Origin: Eledone cirrhosa
Lineage: Eukaryota
Direction: 5' to 3'
NCBI GenBank assembly: GCA_964016885.1
Contig: OZ024740.1
Coordinates: 381,238,001-381,302,000 of the forward strand
DNA: 64,000 nt
Part shown: piece by piece, positions 62,441 through 64,000 of the stretch
Layout: each line of letters opens with the position of its first letter
Position numbering within the stretch: the stretch's first letter is position 1
Position numbers and translations under genes: made by a program
The notes under the pieces: generated by a model
What the model saw: only the letters and a program-made list of their open reading frames with translations
The model's database searches: none
Told to the model about the DNA's origin: nothing

Positions 62441-62582
62441 TTGTTTCTACATTTGGCACAAGGCCAGCAATTATCCCAGTGCATTACTGGTGCTTTATTT
62501 TATTGACCCCGTAGGGATGAAAGGCAAAGTTAACCTCGGCGGGATTTGAACTTAGACCCTCTACTGATACTGCCAATCCACC
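62441..62582 (-). mobile_element. SINE family B with ~41-bp internal deletion
   Basis: Lacks the segment between GAACTTAGA and CCCTCTAC. Flanked by ACCAATAAT direct repeats. Confidence 0.85.
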
Positions 62583-63549
62583 AATAATGCACTTAAGATA
62601 GGCACAAGTATCACTCAACCTTGTTTATTATGCTGCAGAAGTCTAACAGTATTCCTACATCTAAAATCATGTTACACTCAACAATTGGAAGAAAAATACA
62701 CAGTACATTAACCCTACAAAAAGCTTAGAATTATTGTTTATTTATTACAAAATAAAGGGATATCAGCTTAATGAATGGAAAATTATGAATTTTGTCTCAT
62801 AAATTCCCTGTTAAATTTGCATGTAATGCAAAACTAGTCAATTAAAATTAATCAATTTAGTTTAACTCTTAACATGATTTAGCAGAAAATATGTAAAAAA
62901 AAATTTCTCATAGAACGTTGTGAAAAGTTGCAGTAAAGACTTTATTTTTTAGTGTTGCATTATACACTTGAATAATGTTTTGTTAATGCAGTCTCATATG
63001 TTATAGGATGTTAAGAGTTCATACTTAAGAGATGTAATTTAAGGATGGTGTGCATTTCATTCGTTTTCTTTTCAATACTACAGTTACTTTGACATGATTT
63101 CTGTTCTCATTGGTTTCTGCAGCACTGTATGTGCTTCAAATAGTGTGACATGCTTGTTCAGCTGTGAATCCTACTTCTGAAGATTAATGGTTTCTTATAG
63201 GGCTGAGCAGAACTTTTCATGTCAGCTACTGAAGCTCTCATCAATTTTACAGTGCTACTTACTATTGCTTGCAGCAGAGAAATATATCAACTTGTAGTCC
63301 TTGCATAGAGCTAGATTAGTTCTGACCATAAAAAAGTTTTGATCACACAAACTTCATATAACACAAATCACCAACTGATTAATTTGTTGTTTGGTACCCC
63401 ACCAACTTGGCTAGCCTAGCAACTCTGCCTTTTTAATATTCTATACATTATATTGAATAATGGGTAAGTCAATTATAGTTTGTAACTTAGATCAATATCA
63501 TATGAAACTGAGTATTGATATATATATATCATCATCATCATCATCATAT

Positions 63550-63608
<59 letters not shown>

Positions 63609-63611
63609 CAA

Positions 63612-64000
63612 GACAGAGTACCCCGCTCCATTATCTGGTGAGCTCTTAGAAAACTAGGTGTTGATGAATGGCTTGTGAAAGCTATACAAGCCATGCATAA
63701 AGAAACAGTCAGCAAGGTTAGAATTAATAATGAACATTGTGAAGAGTTTAGCATAAAAGTTGGTGTTCATCAGGGCTCCGTCCTTAGCCCCCTACTATTT
63801 ATTATTGCCCTTCAGGCTATAACAGAGGAGTTCAAGATCAGCTGCCCATGGGAACTCCTATACACAGATGATCTAACGCTCATAGCTGAATCAATGGCTG
63901 AAATAGAGAAGAAATTCCAAACATGGAAGCATAGCCTAGAATCAAAAGGCCTTAAAATTAACCTGCCTAAGACTAAAGTTCTAGTTTGTAGGAAGGAAAA
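63612..64000 (+). mobile_element. Second, 5'-truncated copy of the long RTE family (runs off window)
   Basis: DRVPRSIIW*ALRKLGVDEWLVKAIQA..GVHQGSVLSPLLF..LLYTDDL. Aligns to the reverse complement of ~50325-50712. Starts next to (TA)n. Confidence 0.92.

Overview
AT-rich, microsatellite-rich eukaryotic DNA. The SINE/RTE repeat content suggests an octopod cephalopod (inference from recalled repeat families). Only one host-gene exon is recognisable: a 131-bp + strand exon (39964-40094) encoding the end of a laminin gamma-type LN domain, so the window is probably two very large introns. It contains a near-full-length RTE LINE (49148-~53537, minus) with one nonsense codon and a PHD-like finger inside its RT region. 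Other repeats are a twin-priming-type inverted LINE insertion, several RTE/CR1 fragments, at least three tRNA-derived SINE types, piggyBac/mariner/pogo-type MITEs, minisatellites and several fold-back palindromes. The most unusual region is 9.0-10.4 kb. There, a 246-bp near-perfect palindrome carries two mirror-image hammerhead ribozyme motifs (Penelope-like pLTR signature), next to further degenerate hammerheads and an HDV-like ribozyme candidate. Nearly all short ORFs in the track are spurious.
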